Shown: positions 27,886 to 37,544, counted from the stretch's first letter. The stretch: 64,000 bases of DNA from an uncultured Acidobacteriota bacterium (GCA_963729915.1 CAVSQE010000019.1:42292-106291); one strand, 5' to 3'. Made by a program: numbers and translations. The notes: generated by a model from the sequence alone, not told the origin.

Positions 27886-29277
27886 ATGGCTGAATTGAAT
27901 CCTACATTTCTTGCAAGCGAGCCTGACCCCGGCATGCTGGAAAAGCTGGCGGTGGCGGAGCACCTTGCACTGGGCGCGGTGATTGCTCTTGCGATTTTGA
28001 ATCTCGCCGCCTCCTTTCTGCCGCTGGCGCTGCGGCTGCAGACCACAAACTGGCGATTGATGAGCGGCGAAGCGGTGCTGTTCGCGCTGATGAGCGCGCT
28101 GAGCTTGCTGTTGCTGGAACCACGCCGCTCGCAGGGGACGCAATTTGCAGGCCAGGCGCTGGCAGCGGCCGTGCTGCTGCTGAGCGGAATCATTGTTGCC
28201 GCCCGCGCGCTGCATCCCGCGCCTGGAGCGACGGGGCTGGATTCTATCCTCCCGCATCCGTATTGGCTTTTAAGCACCCACATTTCCCTGCAAGCGGCTG
28301 GCGGCTTTGCGCTTCTTGGTCTGTCGATGCTGTTTCTCCGCGTGCAGAGCCGCGCCGCGGTTCTTGCTGCCGATGTTTCGACCTGCTGCCTGGTGTTCGT
28401 GGTACTGGTGTTGGCGTCGGAGCAGATCAGCGACATGTCGCACATCTTCGGCCCAGCGGCAGACACGGGCCGTTCGTTCCAGACCACGGTTTGCCTGCTC
28501 CTGCTCACCAGCGTGACGTTCTTTCATCGTGCCGGCAACGGGATTCTTTCGATTTTTGTGGGACGCGGAACCGGCAGCAGGCTGGCGCGGGTGTTGTCGC
28601 CGATTCTGCTGCTGCTCCCTTATCTGCGGGAATGGGGTCGCGCTCACTTCATCGGCGACCGGAGAATGCCTCCGCCGTATTCGACTGCGATTCTGGCCAC
28701 GCTGGCGGTGATCGTGTCCAGTGCGCTGTTGCTGTATCTCGCGCGTCGCATCAACAGCATGGAAGTGGAGATTCACAATCTCTCGCTGCGCGACGAGTTG
28801 ACGGGTCTTTACAACCTGAGAGGCTTTCGTCTGCTTGCCGAGCAGGGACTTCGGAGGGCGAATCGATCGAGCCATCCCTTTTCGGTTCTGTTCGTCGATC
28901 TGGACGACCTGAAACAAGTCAACGATCAGTTCGGACATTTCGTGGGTTCCCAGTGCCTGGTAGAAGCCGCGGAGATTCTGCGCACAGTGTTTCGCGAAGC
29001 GGATGTGCTGGGGCGGATCGGCGGGGACGAATTTGCCGTGGCGGGCGAGTTCACCGAGCCGGGCATGGTTCTGGCGGTCGAGCGGCTGGAAGAGATCGTC
29101 GCAGGGTGGAACACGGGGCCTGATCGACCCATCCCGCTCAGCCTCAGTTTCGGAACCGTGACTTCAAGATCAGGGTCGCATGAAACGCTCGATGCCCTGC
29201 TCAAGAGTGCCGACCATGCGATGTACGAGCACAAACGCCGCAAAAAGAGTTTGGCTGAGGAAATCGTGCAGCCGTAA
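27886..29277 (+). CDS. Membrane-anchored diguanylate cyclase (GGDEF domain)
   Basis: N-terminal multi-TM region. C-terminal DELTGLYNLRGF...RIGGDEFAV. Confidence 0.85.
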   Translation: MAELNPTFLASEPDPGMLEKLAVAEHLALGAVIALAILNLAASFLPLALRLQTTNWRLMSGEAVLFALMSALSLLLLEPRRSQGTQFAGQALAAAVLLLSGIIVAARALHPAPGATGLDSILPHPYWLLSTHISLQAAGGFALLGLSMLFLRVQSRAAVLAADVSTCCLVFVVLVLASEQISDMSHIFGPAADTGRSFQTTVCLLLLTSVTFFHRAGNGILSIFVGRGTGSRLARVLSPILLLLPYLREWGRAHFIGDRRMPPPYSTAILATLAVIVSSALLLYLARRINSMEVEIHNLSLRDELTGLYNLRGFRLLAEQGLRRANRSSHPFSVLFVDLDDLKQVNDQFGHFVGSQCLVEAAEILRTVFREADVLGRIGGDEFAVAGEFTEPGMVLAVERLEEIVAGWNTGPDRPIPLSLSFGTVTSRSGSHETLDALLKSADHAMYEHKRRKKSLAEEIVQP

Positions 29278-29305
29278 CGAGCAGCGCCAGGTACGAGCAG
29301 TTGCG

Positions 29306-29337
29306 ATGAGGAGTCCGGCGAGTACCGGACTCCTCAT
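29306..29337. terminator. Strong hairpin between convergent genes (bidirectional terminator candidate)
   Basis: Perfect 13-bp stem ATGAGGAGTCCGG/CCGGACTCCTCAT with a 6-nt loop. Confidence 0.6.
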
Positions 29338-29343
29338 GAAGGT

Positions 29344-30345
29344 TTACGGCAGCTTGTAGACGGTCTGGAGGACCTTGTCTGCGAGGTTCTGTGGGAGCGG
29401 CGCATACGAGAGGCTCGAAGCTTCGCTTTCGCCGGACTTGATAATCCAGCTCAACATGTCCTTGATGACTTTTTCTTTTGCCATGTCTTTGGGCTGGGTG
29501 GGAATGAGCAGGTAGGTAAAGCTGGAAACGGGATAGGCGTTTGGGCCGGGAGCGTTGGTGATGGAGACGCGATAATCGGCCGGTATCTTGGCCGTGCCGC
29601 CGGCTATCGTCACGCCGTCGATCGAGGCCTTGACGAATTTTCCGTCCGCATTTTGCACCAAGCCGTAGTTGATGTGATTCTGAACGGCGTAGATGAGCTC
29701 GATATAGCCGATTGCGCCTGGAAATTGGCGAATCTGTGCAGAGACGCCCTCATTGCCCTTGCCGCCTACACCAGTGGGCCAGTTGACCGAAGTGCCGGAG
29801 CCGGGACCGCTCTTCCATTCGCTGCTCACCTTGCTCAGGAAGTCGGTCCAGATGAAGGTGGTTCCGCTGCCATCGGAGCGATGGACCACGATGATCCTGT
29901 CACCTGGCAGATTTACGCCCGGATTGTCTTTGGCGATGCGGGGATCATTCCACTGTGTGATCTTGCCCAGGAAGATGTCCGCAAGCACCGACTGGCTGAA
30001 TTTGAGTTCAGCGGTGACACCGGGCACATTGTAGGCCGGCACATCAGCACCCAACACAGTGGGTAAATTGATGACCTTGACGCCGCACGACTTGAGCAGG
30101 TCGTCGGTCATGGGCATGTCGGATGCGCCGAAGTCGACTGTCCCCGAGCACACCTGCTTGATGCCGCCGCCGGAGCCAATGGACTGGTAGTTGATTTCAA
30201 CGCCGGGATGCGCGGCGCTGTACTGCGTGAACCACTTGGAGTACATGGGATAGGGAAAGGTTGCGCCCGCTGCGGTGATCTGCTGGGCCTGAGCCAGGCT
30301 CAGTGCCGCGGCCATACATAAAACGGCAAGTAACGTCTTTTTCAC
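29344..30345 (-). CDS. pstS: Phosphate ABC transporter substrate-binding protein PstS
   Basis: ITAAGATFPYPMYSKWF..., SIGSGGGIKQ, RSDGSGTTFIWT. GTG at 30345 gives the signal peptide VKKTLLAVLCMAAALSLAQA. Confidence 0.88.
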   Translation of the reverse strand: MKKTLLAVLCMAAALSLAQAQQITAAGATFPYPMYSKWFTQYSAAHPGVEINYQSIGSGGGIKQVCSGTVDFGASDMPMTDDLLKSCGVKVINLPTVLGADVPAYNVPGVTAELKFSQSVLADIFLGKITQWNDPRIAKDNPGVNLPGDRIIVVHRSDGSGTTFIWTDFLSKVSSEWKSGPGSGTSVNWPTGVGGKGNEGVSAQIRQFPGAIGYIELIYAVQNHINYGLVQNADGKFVKASIDGVTIAGGTAKIPADYRVSITNAPGPNAYPVSSFTYLLIPTQPKDMAKEKVIKDMLSWIIKSGESEASSLSYAPLPQNLADKVLQTVYKLP

Positions 30346-30534
30346 AATTCGCTCCCGAGCAGTTTGTCTGCCGCAAATCATTGTCTACTCGGATTGTTAA
30401 GGGCAGTTGAAAAGAAAGAGGACTCCCAAAGAGGGCTGTGGGGAACCGAGCCGGAGATTGGCAAAAGGGCTACACTGATGCGGCGTACGTAATCGTTACC
30501 GGGATTTGCGTGAAATGACAGGGAGGGCGAAGCG

Positions 30535-31629
30535 ATGGACAAAGGAAAGACGTCGCGGAGGGATTGGATAGCGGGCGCCGCAGGAGCTGCGCTTGCGGCC
30601 GGATTGCCGATGCGCGGGATGAGTGCGACGTGGGCGCAGGAGCAGCGCCCGACGGGAACGGACCAGCAGCCTAATGCAGGAGCCGGACGGGCGGCGTGGA
30701 TGCAGAATCCGCGTTATGCGTGGGGCGTGATGACACATTATCTGGCCGACTGGCAGGCGCGCGTGAACAAACTGGAAATGACGGTCGAGCAGTGGAACAA
30801 GATGGCGGATGGATTCGATGTAGAGGGGATGGCGAAGCGGCTGGAGCAGGTGGGCGCGGGACATTATCAGCTCAGCATCGGACAGAACTCGGGCTACTAT
30901 CTTTCGCCGAATGCGGTCTACGACAGAATTGTGGGCATCGCGCCGAGCAAATGCGCGCGGCGAGATCTGGTTGCGGATTTCTACGAGCCGCTCCATAAGC
31001 GGGACATCAAGCTGATGGTGTATCTGCCGTCAGGCGCGCCCGGAGGGGATCACGTAGCGCGCGAAGCGCTGGAATGGGTGAACGGACCGTACGCGAACAA
31101 GAACTTCCAACGCAAGTGGGAACAGGTGATCGCGGCATGGTCCAAGGCGTGGGGGACGAAGGTGGTGGGGTGGTGGTTCGACGGCTGCTACTATCCGAAC
31201 TCAATGTACCGCTCGGCGGAGACGCCGAATTTTGCCAGCTTCGTGGCCGCGGCACGTGCGGGCAATCCCGATTCGGCGGTGGCATTCAATCCGGGCGTGA
31301 TTTACCGGCTGATTTCCGTGAGCCCTGACGAGGATTTCACCGCGGGCGAGATCGACAAGCCCGATCAAGCGACGGTGCGGCGCAGCGGCGAAGGGCGCAT
31401 CGACGGAACGCAACTGCACATGCTGAGCTTTCTGGGCGAGACGTGGGGGATGGGCGCGCCGCGGTTCACGGCAGATCAGGTGGTTGAGTTCACCAAGAAG
31501 ATTCGCGACTTTGGCGGGTCGGTGACGTGGGACGTGCCGGTGACGATCGATGGCACGATCAGCGATCCATTCATGGAGCAGTTGACGGCGCTGGGCAAGG
31601 CGTTTCCGAGGACAGTTGCTGGCTCCTAG
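30535..31629 (+). CDS. Tat-exported glycoside-hydrolase-like protein (distant GH29 alpha-L-fucosidase-like pattern)
   Basis: Tat motif SRRDWIAGAAGAALAAGLP. The segment GAGHYQLSIGQNSGYYLSP...RRDLVADFYEPLHKRDIKLMVYLPS resembles the GH29 core but lacks HHDGF. Confidence 0.45.
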   Translation: MDKGKTSRRDWIAGAAGAALAAGLPMRGMSATWAQEQRPTGTDQQPNAGAGRAAWMQNPRYAWGVMTHYLADWQARVNKLEMTVEQWNKMADGFDVEGMAKRLEQVGAGHYQLSIGQNSGYYLSPNAVYDRIVGIAPSKCARRDLVADFYEPLHKRDIKLMVYLPSGAPGGDHVAREALEWVNGPYANKNFQRKWEQVIAAWSKAWGTKVVGWWFDGCYYPNSMYRSAETPNFASFVAAARAGNPDSAVAFNPGVIYRLISVSPDEDFTAGEIDKPDQATVRRSGEGRIDGTQLHMLSFLGETWGMGAPRFTADQVVEFTKKIRDFGGSVTWDVPVTIDGTISDPFMEQLTALGKAFPRTVAGS

Positions 31630-31702
31630 CCTCCAGCTTCTAGCTTTCCTGATCCACAGCCCGGGAACAAATGCACACTCATGGGTGTCTAAACGTCCGG
31701 GG

Positions 31703-32611
31703 ATGTTTTGGCTCTTGCTGCTTATCTACAAACCGGATAGAAGCAGAACCGCATGGCACTCATTGGCCAGCATTGTAGCCGCGGCCTTGTGGGGTTCGGT
31801 TGCCCTGGCGCAGGCAAGCGGCTCCGATTCGCAGGCTCAGTCCGCAAATGCCACAATCGACCTTCCATCCTTCGAAGTTATTTCCATCAAGACGCACCCA
31901 GTAGGCTACTGGCCTACGTTCGCACAGCGGCGATTTACGGCAGATGGTTTTGTCTGGAAGAACGCCATCGCTCAGGGAATCCTGGTTTATGCTTACAATC
32001 TCCGCGACCCCAAGTTAAGCAACAGGCAGCGGCTCATTCCCGGCGGTGAAAAATGGATGTTCTGGGACTGGTTCGACATAGAGGCAAGAATGTCGGATGC
32101 CGAGATTACGACGCTGCAAGAACTCAGTCCCGATGGGCAGGAAACATACGAGCGCGAATTAGTGCAATCGATGCTTGCAGATCGCTTCAAGTTGAAGCTG
32201 CACCATGTCATCAGAAATGCTGCAGGATGGGAACTGGTCGTGACCCGGAACGGCCCCAAGGCGATGAAACATGAGCCGGACGGCATGGCGTCAAGATCCA
32301 GTTGGTCCGACCTTGATCACGTCGAATATGACGCGGTTCCAATCGCGTGGCTAATTCAGTTCCTGGAGGGATTTGAGAACGCTCCAGTAATAGACAAGAC
32401 CGGACTCAAAGGCAAATACGATTTCAAACTCGAGTTTGCACGCGATTCCGACATGCCCCTATCCCCAGGAAACAGTCTGCCTGCGACGAATGACGCGGAG
32501 CCTTCGATTTTTACTGCGCTTCAGGAGCAGCTTGGGCTGAAGTTAGTCCGGGTCACGATCCCGCTGGATGAAATCGTCATCGATCACATCGAGAAGCCAT
32601 CGCCGAACTGA
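31703..32611 (+). CDS. TIGR03435-family secreted protein (second paralog)
   Basis: C-terminal IFTALQEQLGLKLVRVTIPLDEIVIDHIEKPSPN. ATG at 31703 gives a signal-like N-terminus; the ORF track start is 31616. Confidence 0.7.
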   Translation: MFWLLLLIYKPDRSRTAWHSLASIVAAALWGSVALAQASGSDSQAQSANATIDLPSFEVISIKTHPVGYWPTFAQRRFTADGFVWKNAIAQGILVYAYNLRDPKLSNRQRLIPGGEKWMFWDWFDIEARMSDAEITTLQELSPDGQETYERELVQSMLADRFKLKLHHVIRNAAGWELVVTRNGPKAMKHEPDGMASRSSWSDLDHVEYDAVPIAWLIQFLEGFENAPVIDKTGLKGKYDFKLEFARDSDMPLSPGNSLPATNDAEPSIFTALQEQLGLKLVRVTIPLDEIVIDHIEKPSPN

Positions 32612-32626
32612 TGCGTGTCGCCAAGG

Positions 32627-34078
32627 TTAGTTCGAAGTGGCGGCGCCGGTGGGTTGAGTCGTCGTCGGTGCAGGCGCGGTCTGCGGAGCCGGCGCGAGCG
32701 GCAGCGTGAAATGGAAGCTGGAGCCGTTGCCGAGTTCGCTTTCAGCCCAGATGCGTCCGCCGTGAGCCAGCACAATGTGCTTGACGATGGCGAGGCCGAG
32801 GCCGGTGCCGCCGGATTCGCGCGAGCGCGCCTTGTCGATGCGGTAGAAGCGCTCAAAGATGCGCTCCAGGTGCTCCGAGGCAATGCCAGGGCCGAAGTCC
32901 TGAATGGTGAACTGCACCTCAGAGGCGAGCAGGCGCGCGGAAACACGAATGCTCTTGCCGGTTTTGGCGTACTTGAGGCCGTTCTCGAGCAGGTTGCCGA
33001 AGACCTGATGCATGGCGTCGGGATCGGCCATGACCAGCGCGTCGGGCGCGGTCGTGGACTGAATCTTCACGCCCGAGTCCACGAATTTGCCGCCGATGGA
33101 GTCGATGGCGTCGCGGAGCAGGACGCTGGCGCGGACGGGCTGCAGATTGACTTTGTAGTCGGGACTTTCGACGCTGGCCAGGGCGAGCAGATCCTCGGTG
33201 AGACGGTTCATGCGGCTGGCGTTCTTGAGAATGACGCCGAGGAATTCCAGAGTCATCTCCGAACTGGGATTGGGATCTTCAATGAGCGTTTCCACGTAGC
33301 CCTGGATGGAAGTGAGCGGGGTGCGCAGTTCGTGGCTGACGTTGGCGACGAACTCGCGGCGGGATGTTTGCGCGGCCTCGATGCTGGTGACATCGTGGAG
33401 CACGACCAGCGCGCCGCCCGCGGGCAACGGCGCTGCGTTGACTTCAAAGACGCGGCCGGGAGAAAGCAGGCTGGCTCGGCCCACGCAGAGCTCGCGGCGC
33501 TCGAGAGCTCCGCGCACACAGGCCAGCAGCTCGGGGTCGCGGACGGAGTGCACAAGGGGACGGCCGGGAATGAGCTGCGATCCGGCAATGCGTTGCATGA
33601 CGGCGTTGGACCAGCGCACAAAGCCGGTGGACGTGACGGCAACCACGCCCTCCTGCATGGAGTCGAGCATGACGGCCAGCTCGGCGCGGCCGCTTTCGAG
33701 CTCGGCAAAGTCCCGGCCAAGGCGCTCGGCAGTTTGATTCAGGGCGGCTTCGACGGCGGAGAGCTCGGCGAATCCGTGCGTCTCGCCGGGGCCCTGGGTC
33801 TCGATGCGGGCGTCGAGATCGCCGTCAGCGATGCGGCGCGAGAAAGTGACAACACGGCGCAGACGCGCGGAGATGCGGCCGGAGACCCAGACAGCCAGAG
33901 GCAAAGCGATGACGAGCGCGATGAGCGCGAACCAGAGTGCATCGCCGCCGAGCACGCTGAGAGCGTCCTCAGGCGCGCGTTCCCAAATGTGGCGAATGAC
34001 CAGCTCCACCACCAGCATCTGGACGGCGAGCAGGAGGAGAAACACTCCGAGCAGCTTGGTGAAGACGTTGGAGTTCAT
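32627..34078 (-). CDS. PhoR-like sensor histidine kinase (TM-HAMP-PAS-HisKA-HATPase)
   Basis: H-box SRREFVANVSHELRTPLTSIQGY. N, G1 and G2 boxes (FGNLLENGLKY, DFGPGI, GGTGLGLAIV). Confidence 0.85.
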   Translation of the reverse strand: MNSNVFTKLLGVFLLLLAVQMLVVELVIRHIWERAPEDALSVLGGDALWFALIALVIALPLAVWVSGRISARLRRVVTFSRRIADGDLDARIETQGPGETHGFAELSAVEAALNQTAERLGRDFAELESGRAELAVMLDSMQEGVVAVTSTGFVRWSNAVMQRIAGSQLIPGRPLVHSVRDPELLACVRGALERRELCVGRASLLSPGRVFEVNAAPLPAGGALVVLHDVTSIEAAQTSRREFVANVSHELRTPLTSIQGYVETLIEDPNPSSEMTLEFLGVILKNASRMNRLTEDLLALASVESPDYKVNLQPVRASVLLRDAIDSIGGKFVDSGVKIQSTTAPDALVMADPDAMHQVFGNLLENGLKYAKTGKSIRVSARLLASEVQFTIQDFGPGIASEHLERIFERFYRIDKARSRESGGTGLGLAIVKHIVLAHGGRIWAESELGNGSSFHFTLPLAPAPQTAPAPTTTQPTGAATSN

Positions 34079-34087
34079 GAGAATTCA

Positions 34088-34122
34088 GCCAGTAGCCAAT
34101 AGCCAGTAGCCAGTAGCCAGTA
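34088..34122. repeat. Tandem heptanucleotide repeat, 5 copies of GCCAGTA (one GCCAATA)
   Basis: Read directly: gccagta gccaata gccagta gccagta gccagta. It starts 10 nt upstream of the kinase start codon (34078, minus strand). Confidence 0.85.
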
Positions 34123-34277
34123 GTTCCAGCTGGCCCGAAAATTTAGCCAGCAGCCAACCATTCGGTAGCCAATATCCGTCGGCCCGAAACGATCAGGCGT
34201 TTACGTCAATGATTCGACGGCCGCATGACCTCGAAAGAAATTCACTGCCCACGTTTTACTACTGGCTACTAACTGCC

Positions 34278-34976
34278 TTACTCGCCCTTGGGCAGTTCGA
34301 AGCGATAACCGGCGCCGCGCACGGTTTTAAGGTAGCGCGGATTCTCCGGGTCGATCTCGATTTTCTCACGGATGCGGCGCACATAGACATCGACAGAGCG
34401 AGGCGTGACGAAGCGGGCATCGCCCCAGACCGCGTCGAGGAGGTGGTCGCGGCTGAAGACGCGACCGGGATGGCGCGCAAGGTAATCGAGCAGGCGGAAT
34501 TCCGTAGCCGTCGTGGTAGTGAGCTCGCCGCGGACCTTCAACTGCATGGCGCTGGCGTCGATGATGACCTCTTCAAAGCTGATGATGGCGGGCGAAGTGG
34601 GGCGCTCGAAGCGGCGCAGAACGGCTTTGACGCGGGCCACCAGTTCGCGCGTGGAAAAAGGTTTGGTGATGTAATCGTCGGCGCCCAGTTCCAGGCCGAG
34701 GACACGATCGTTCTCGCCCGCGCGCGCGGTGAGAAAGATGATGGGAACAGTGGAAAGGCCGGCGTGGTTGCGTAGACGGCGGCAAACATCCAGGCCATCG
34801 CCGCCGGGAACCATGATGTCCAGCAGGAACAGCGCCGGGGGCTTGCGCTCGGCGTCGGGTATGAGATTGGTGGGGGTATGAAACAGGCGTGCTTCAAAAC
34901 CTGCCGCTTCAAGGTGATGTTGCACCAGCCGCGCGATGTCGGCTTCGTCTTCCAAAACGAATACGGATTGGCTCAA
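34278..34976 (-). CDS. PhoB/OmpR-family response regulator
   Basis: Receiver domain (VFVLEDEADIARLV, LFLLDIMVPGGDG) plus a winged-helix output (RPGRVFSRDHLLDAVWG...YLKTVRGAGYRF). TTG at 34976 preceded by gaggac; the ORF track start at 35054 is likely too long. Confidence 0.88.
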   Translation of the reverse strand: MSQSVFVLEDEADIARLVQHHLEAAGFEARLFHTPTNLIPDAERKPPALFLLDIMVPGGDGLDVCRRLRNHAGLSTVPIIFLTARAGENDRVLGLELGADDYITKPFSTRELVARVKAVLRRFERPTSPAIISFEEVIIDASAMQLKVRGELTTTTATEFRLLDYLARHPGRVFSRDHLLDAVWGDARFVTPRSVDVYVRRIREKIEIDPENPRYLKTVRGAGYRFELPKGE

Positions 34977-35267
34977 ACCGTCAGTCCTCGTCCGGCGGCC
35001 GGTGGGGTGGTTGAGCAGATGCAGGCCGCTGGAACCAAGATCAGAGTAATGCAACGAGGCAAAGGGATTGCAAACGTTTGATGAATTTGGAAACGGCAGA
35101 TGAATGCCGTATCACTGTGCGGTAATTCGGCGGGCCGGGCGCAAGTTGCGGAGAGGAGGGCGCTTGAAAGGAGGAATCCTCTTAACGGCATGTAATAGGG
35201 GTCAAAGAAAACGAATGAAGACCATCCCTCAGCGGCTAAAGCCACGCGCCACTCTTTTGGCCCCTGC

Positions 35268-35297
35268 GGCACGACTGAAGCCGTGCCCTTTCAAAAC
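35268..35297 (+). repeat. 30-nt hairpin repeat element, copy 1
   Basis: GGCACGACTGAAGCCGTGCCCTTTCAAAAC (stem GGCACG/CGTGCC); 28/30 identical to 38091-38120. Confidence 0.8.
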
Positions 35298-35319
35298 GGC
35301 GAGCTTCTCCGTAGCCTGT

Positions 35320-37261
35320 TTAGCGCTTCTTTGCGCCTTTCGAAGCCGGCTTCTTCGCCGCTGGCTTGGCGGCCTTCTTTGCAGCCGGCTTGGATTTGGG
35401 CGCAGGCTTTGAAGCTTTCTTTGGAGCGCCCTTTGCGGGCGTCTTCGCCTTAGCCGGTGCGCGCTTTTTCGCGGCAGGTTTGGCAGGCTTTACCGCTTTG
35501 GTCGCCGACGGCTTTGCTTTTGCAGCGGGAGCCGGATGGGCCTTTGCAGGGGCGACCTTCGCCGGAGCGGGCAAAGCCTTTGCTGGGGCGGGGGCTGCCT
35601 TTGCCGGAACGGGAGCGGCAGGCTTCCCTTTTGCCGCAGGTTGCGGAGGCGCGGGCTTGGCGGGCACAGCCGGAGCTTCCGCCTTGCCCGATCCCTTTTT
35701 GCCCGGAGCCGCCGTCAGGGGCTTCTTCTTGCCGGCCGGAACTGCCAGCTTCTCGCTGGCTTCTTCCTCGTCTTCGTCGGACTCGGCCTCGTCTCCTTCG
35801 TCCACTTTCAGAGCACCCTTGGGCAGAACGCTCAGGTCGAGCTCCTCGTCGTCGCCGATCGGCTCCAGGTCATCATCGGCCAACAGACTCTCTTCGCCTT
35901 CCTCATCTTCATCGAAGGCTTGCTCCTTGATCTTCGCCTCGGCACGTTTGGCGCGGGACCGCTTGATGGTGACCTGCGGCGGCGGGGCGGGCGGCGAGTG
36001 CGGCTCGAGGTAGGCGCGCATCTCCTCCGGGGTGGTCAGGTGGCCGTCGATCAATTCCAGAAAGATGCTTCTGCACCAAGTCTGCATAGCCGGGCAACTC
36101 GGGCGTGATGCGCATCTCCTGCATGAGCAGGTAAGGGATACGCTGGCGCGCTTCAGGCCAGACCTTGAGGAAGAGATTGAAGCGCTCCTGAACGGTTTTA
36201 TCCTTGCTGATAAACCCAAGCCAGAGAATCGCTTCTGGATCATAGCTCATGAAAAGCTTGTAGCCTGCCGAGGCCTTGGCATTCTGCTTGGAGAGCAGCA
36301 CTTTGGCAAAGCCGTTGGCCTGGGAATCGAGATGATTCCACTCCTCGACGAAGCCGGGCCGGAGCATCGCCTTCTTGAGCGCCGACAGATCCTTCGACGG
36401 CAGCTTGGCGGTAAGCAACTGCATCTGCCCCGCGGACATATCGGGATGAACACCCTGCACCAGTAACTGGACCGCCAGATCGTGGAGGGCCGTCAGCTTG
36501 GCTTCATCGGCCTTGGCCGACGTCCAGGCTGGGAAGAGGACCTTCATCCAGCCTTCGGCCTCGAGAGCGCGGAGCACTTTGAGCCCATCTTCCTCGTGGC
36601 CAATCTGTTCCAGTTCCTCACTGCGCGCATGGGAGGAAAGAAACTCAATGACGCCTTCGTTTTTGGCGTTCTCGTAGCGGGTCTGGGTTCTGGGATCCAT
36701 CTCCCAGCCGAGACGGGCGCGGTAGCGGGTGGCGCGGATCATCAGTGAGGGTTCTTCCAGGAACCCGTAGTTGGAAACCAGGCGGAGCGTGCGAGCTTCG
36801 ATGTCGGCGGCCCCGTTCAGCGGATCCATCAAGAGGCCGAAGGAGCCCTCGTTGAGGGAGATGGCCATGGAGTTGACCGTGAAGTCGCGGCGGCGCAGAT
36901 CGTCCTGGATGGAAGCAGGATGATAGACCGGCTTGCCGGGCTTGGGGTACTCCACGCGATGGGTACTGACGACATTGACACGAACGGTGCCGGGAAAACA
37001 CAGGTACAGGCTGCGGGAGGGCTCATCTTCACCCCACAACTTGCCGCCGAGTTTTTCCAATGGTTTCTTGAGCTTAAGGGCGTTTCCGTGAACCGCTACT
37101 TCCAGTTCGCGAACCGCGTGGCCACTGGTAAGGTCGCGGACGGCGTCTCCGGTGAGGAAAAGGATGCTGCCGGCATCGCGTGCCGCGGTGCACAACTGCA
37201 TGAGCGCGTGGCGTTGGTCAGCGGAAAGCCGGTTTTCCAGGAGGTAAATGTAGTCGGGCAT
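35320..37261 (-). pseudogene. PolyA_pol/CCA-adding-family nucleotidyltransferase fused to acidic and histone-H1-like (Ala/Lys/Pro) tails; reading frame broken once near 36067
   Basis: Head domain FLTGDAVRDLTSGHAVRELEVAV and RRRDFTVNSMAI (ORF 35909-37345). The C-terminal part continues in another frame (ORF 35320-36243: FLELIDGHLTTPEEMRAYLEPH...KPAAKKAAKPAAKKPASKGAKKR). Deleting one base (plus-strand g at 36067) would join them as ...ADLVQKIFLELIDGH... ATG at 37261 is preceded by aggag. Confidence 0.65.
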
Positions 37262-37544
37262 GCGTGCTCCTGTTTCTGCCATCCTCAACTTCAGCCAAGT
37301 ATCTGATGTTGTTGCCCTTACAGGGAGAATATTGGAAGCTGGCAAACAAAAACATTAACACAAGTTGAGCAGAATGACCAGTTTTGCTCAGCGGACCACC
37401 ACTATTGGACGATTTGGAAACCCTGAGAGACCCCACGCCGGTTTCCCGATAGGTCCGGGCGAACCTGCATTTGGAAAAGGGGAGCCAGAAGGAGCAATAG
37501 AAGCGTCCGCCACGGCGGGCTTGACCGTGCGACAATCCAGAGCG

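Noticed and set aside
30346-30534. Possible Pho box upstream of pstS (ctgtcatttcac...)
   Set aside because: Only one CTGTCAT-like half-site is present, and the expected second direct repeat 11 nt away (cgcaaat) does not match. This is not enough support without a position weight matrix scan.
32615-34102. Very long ORFs antisense to real genes (32615-34102, 23891-25078, 46152-47297, 11865-12815, 6007-6855, 41576-42553, 21848-22927, 17182-18384 and others)
   Set aside because: These are typical shadow ORFs of high-GC DNA. Their translations are Arg/Gly/Ala-rich and low in complexity with no motifs, and the opposite strand carries clearly recognisable genes.
34088-34122. Heptamer tandem repeat as a CRISPR-like array
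   Set aside because: The units are 7 nt and contiguous, with no spacers, and no cas genes are present. It is a simple sequence repeat, not a CRISPR.
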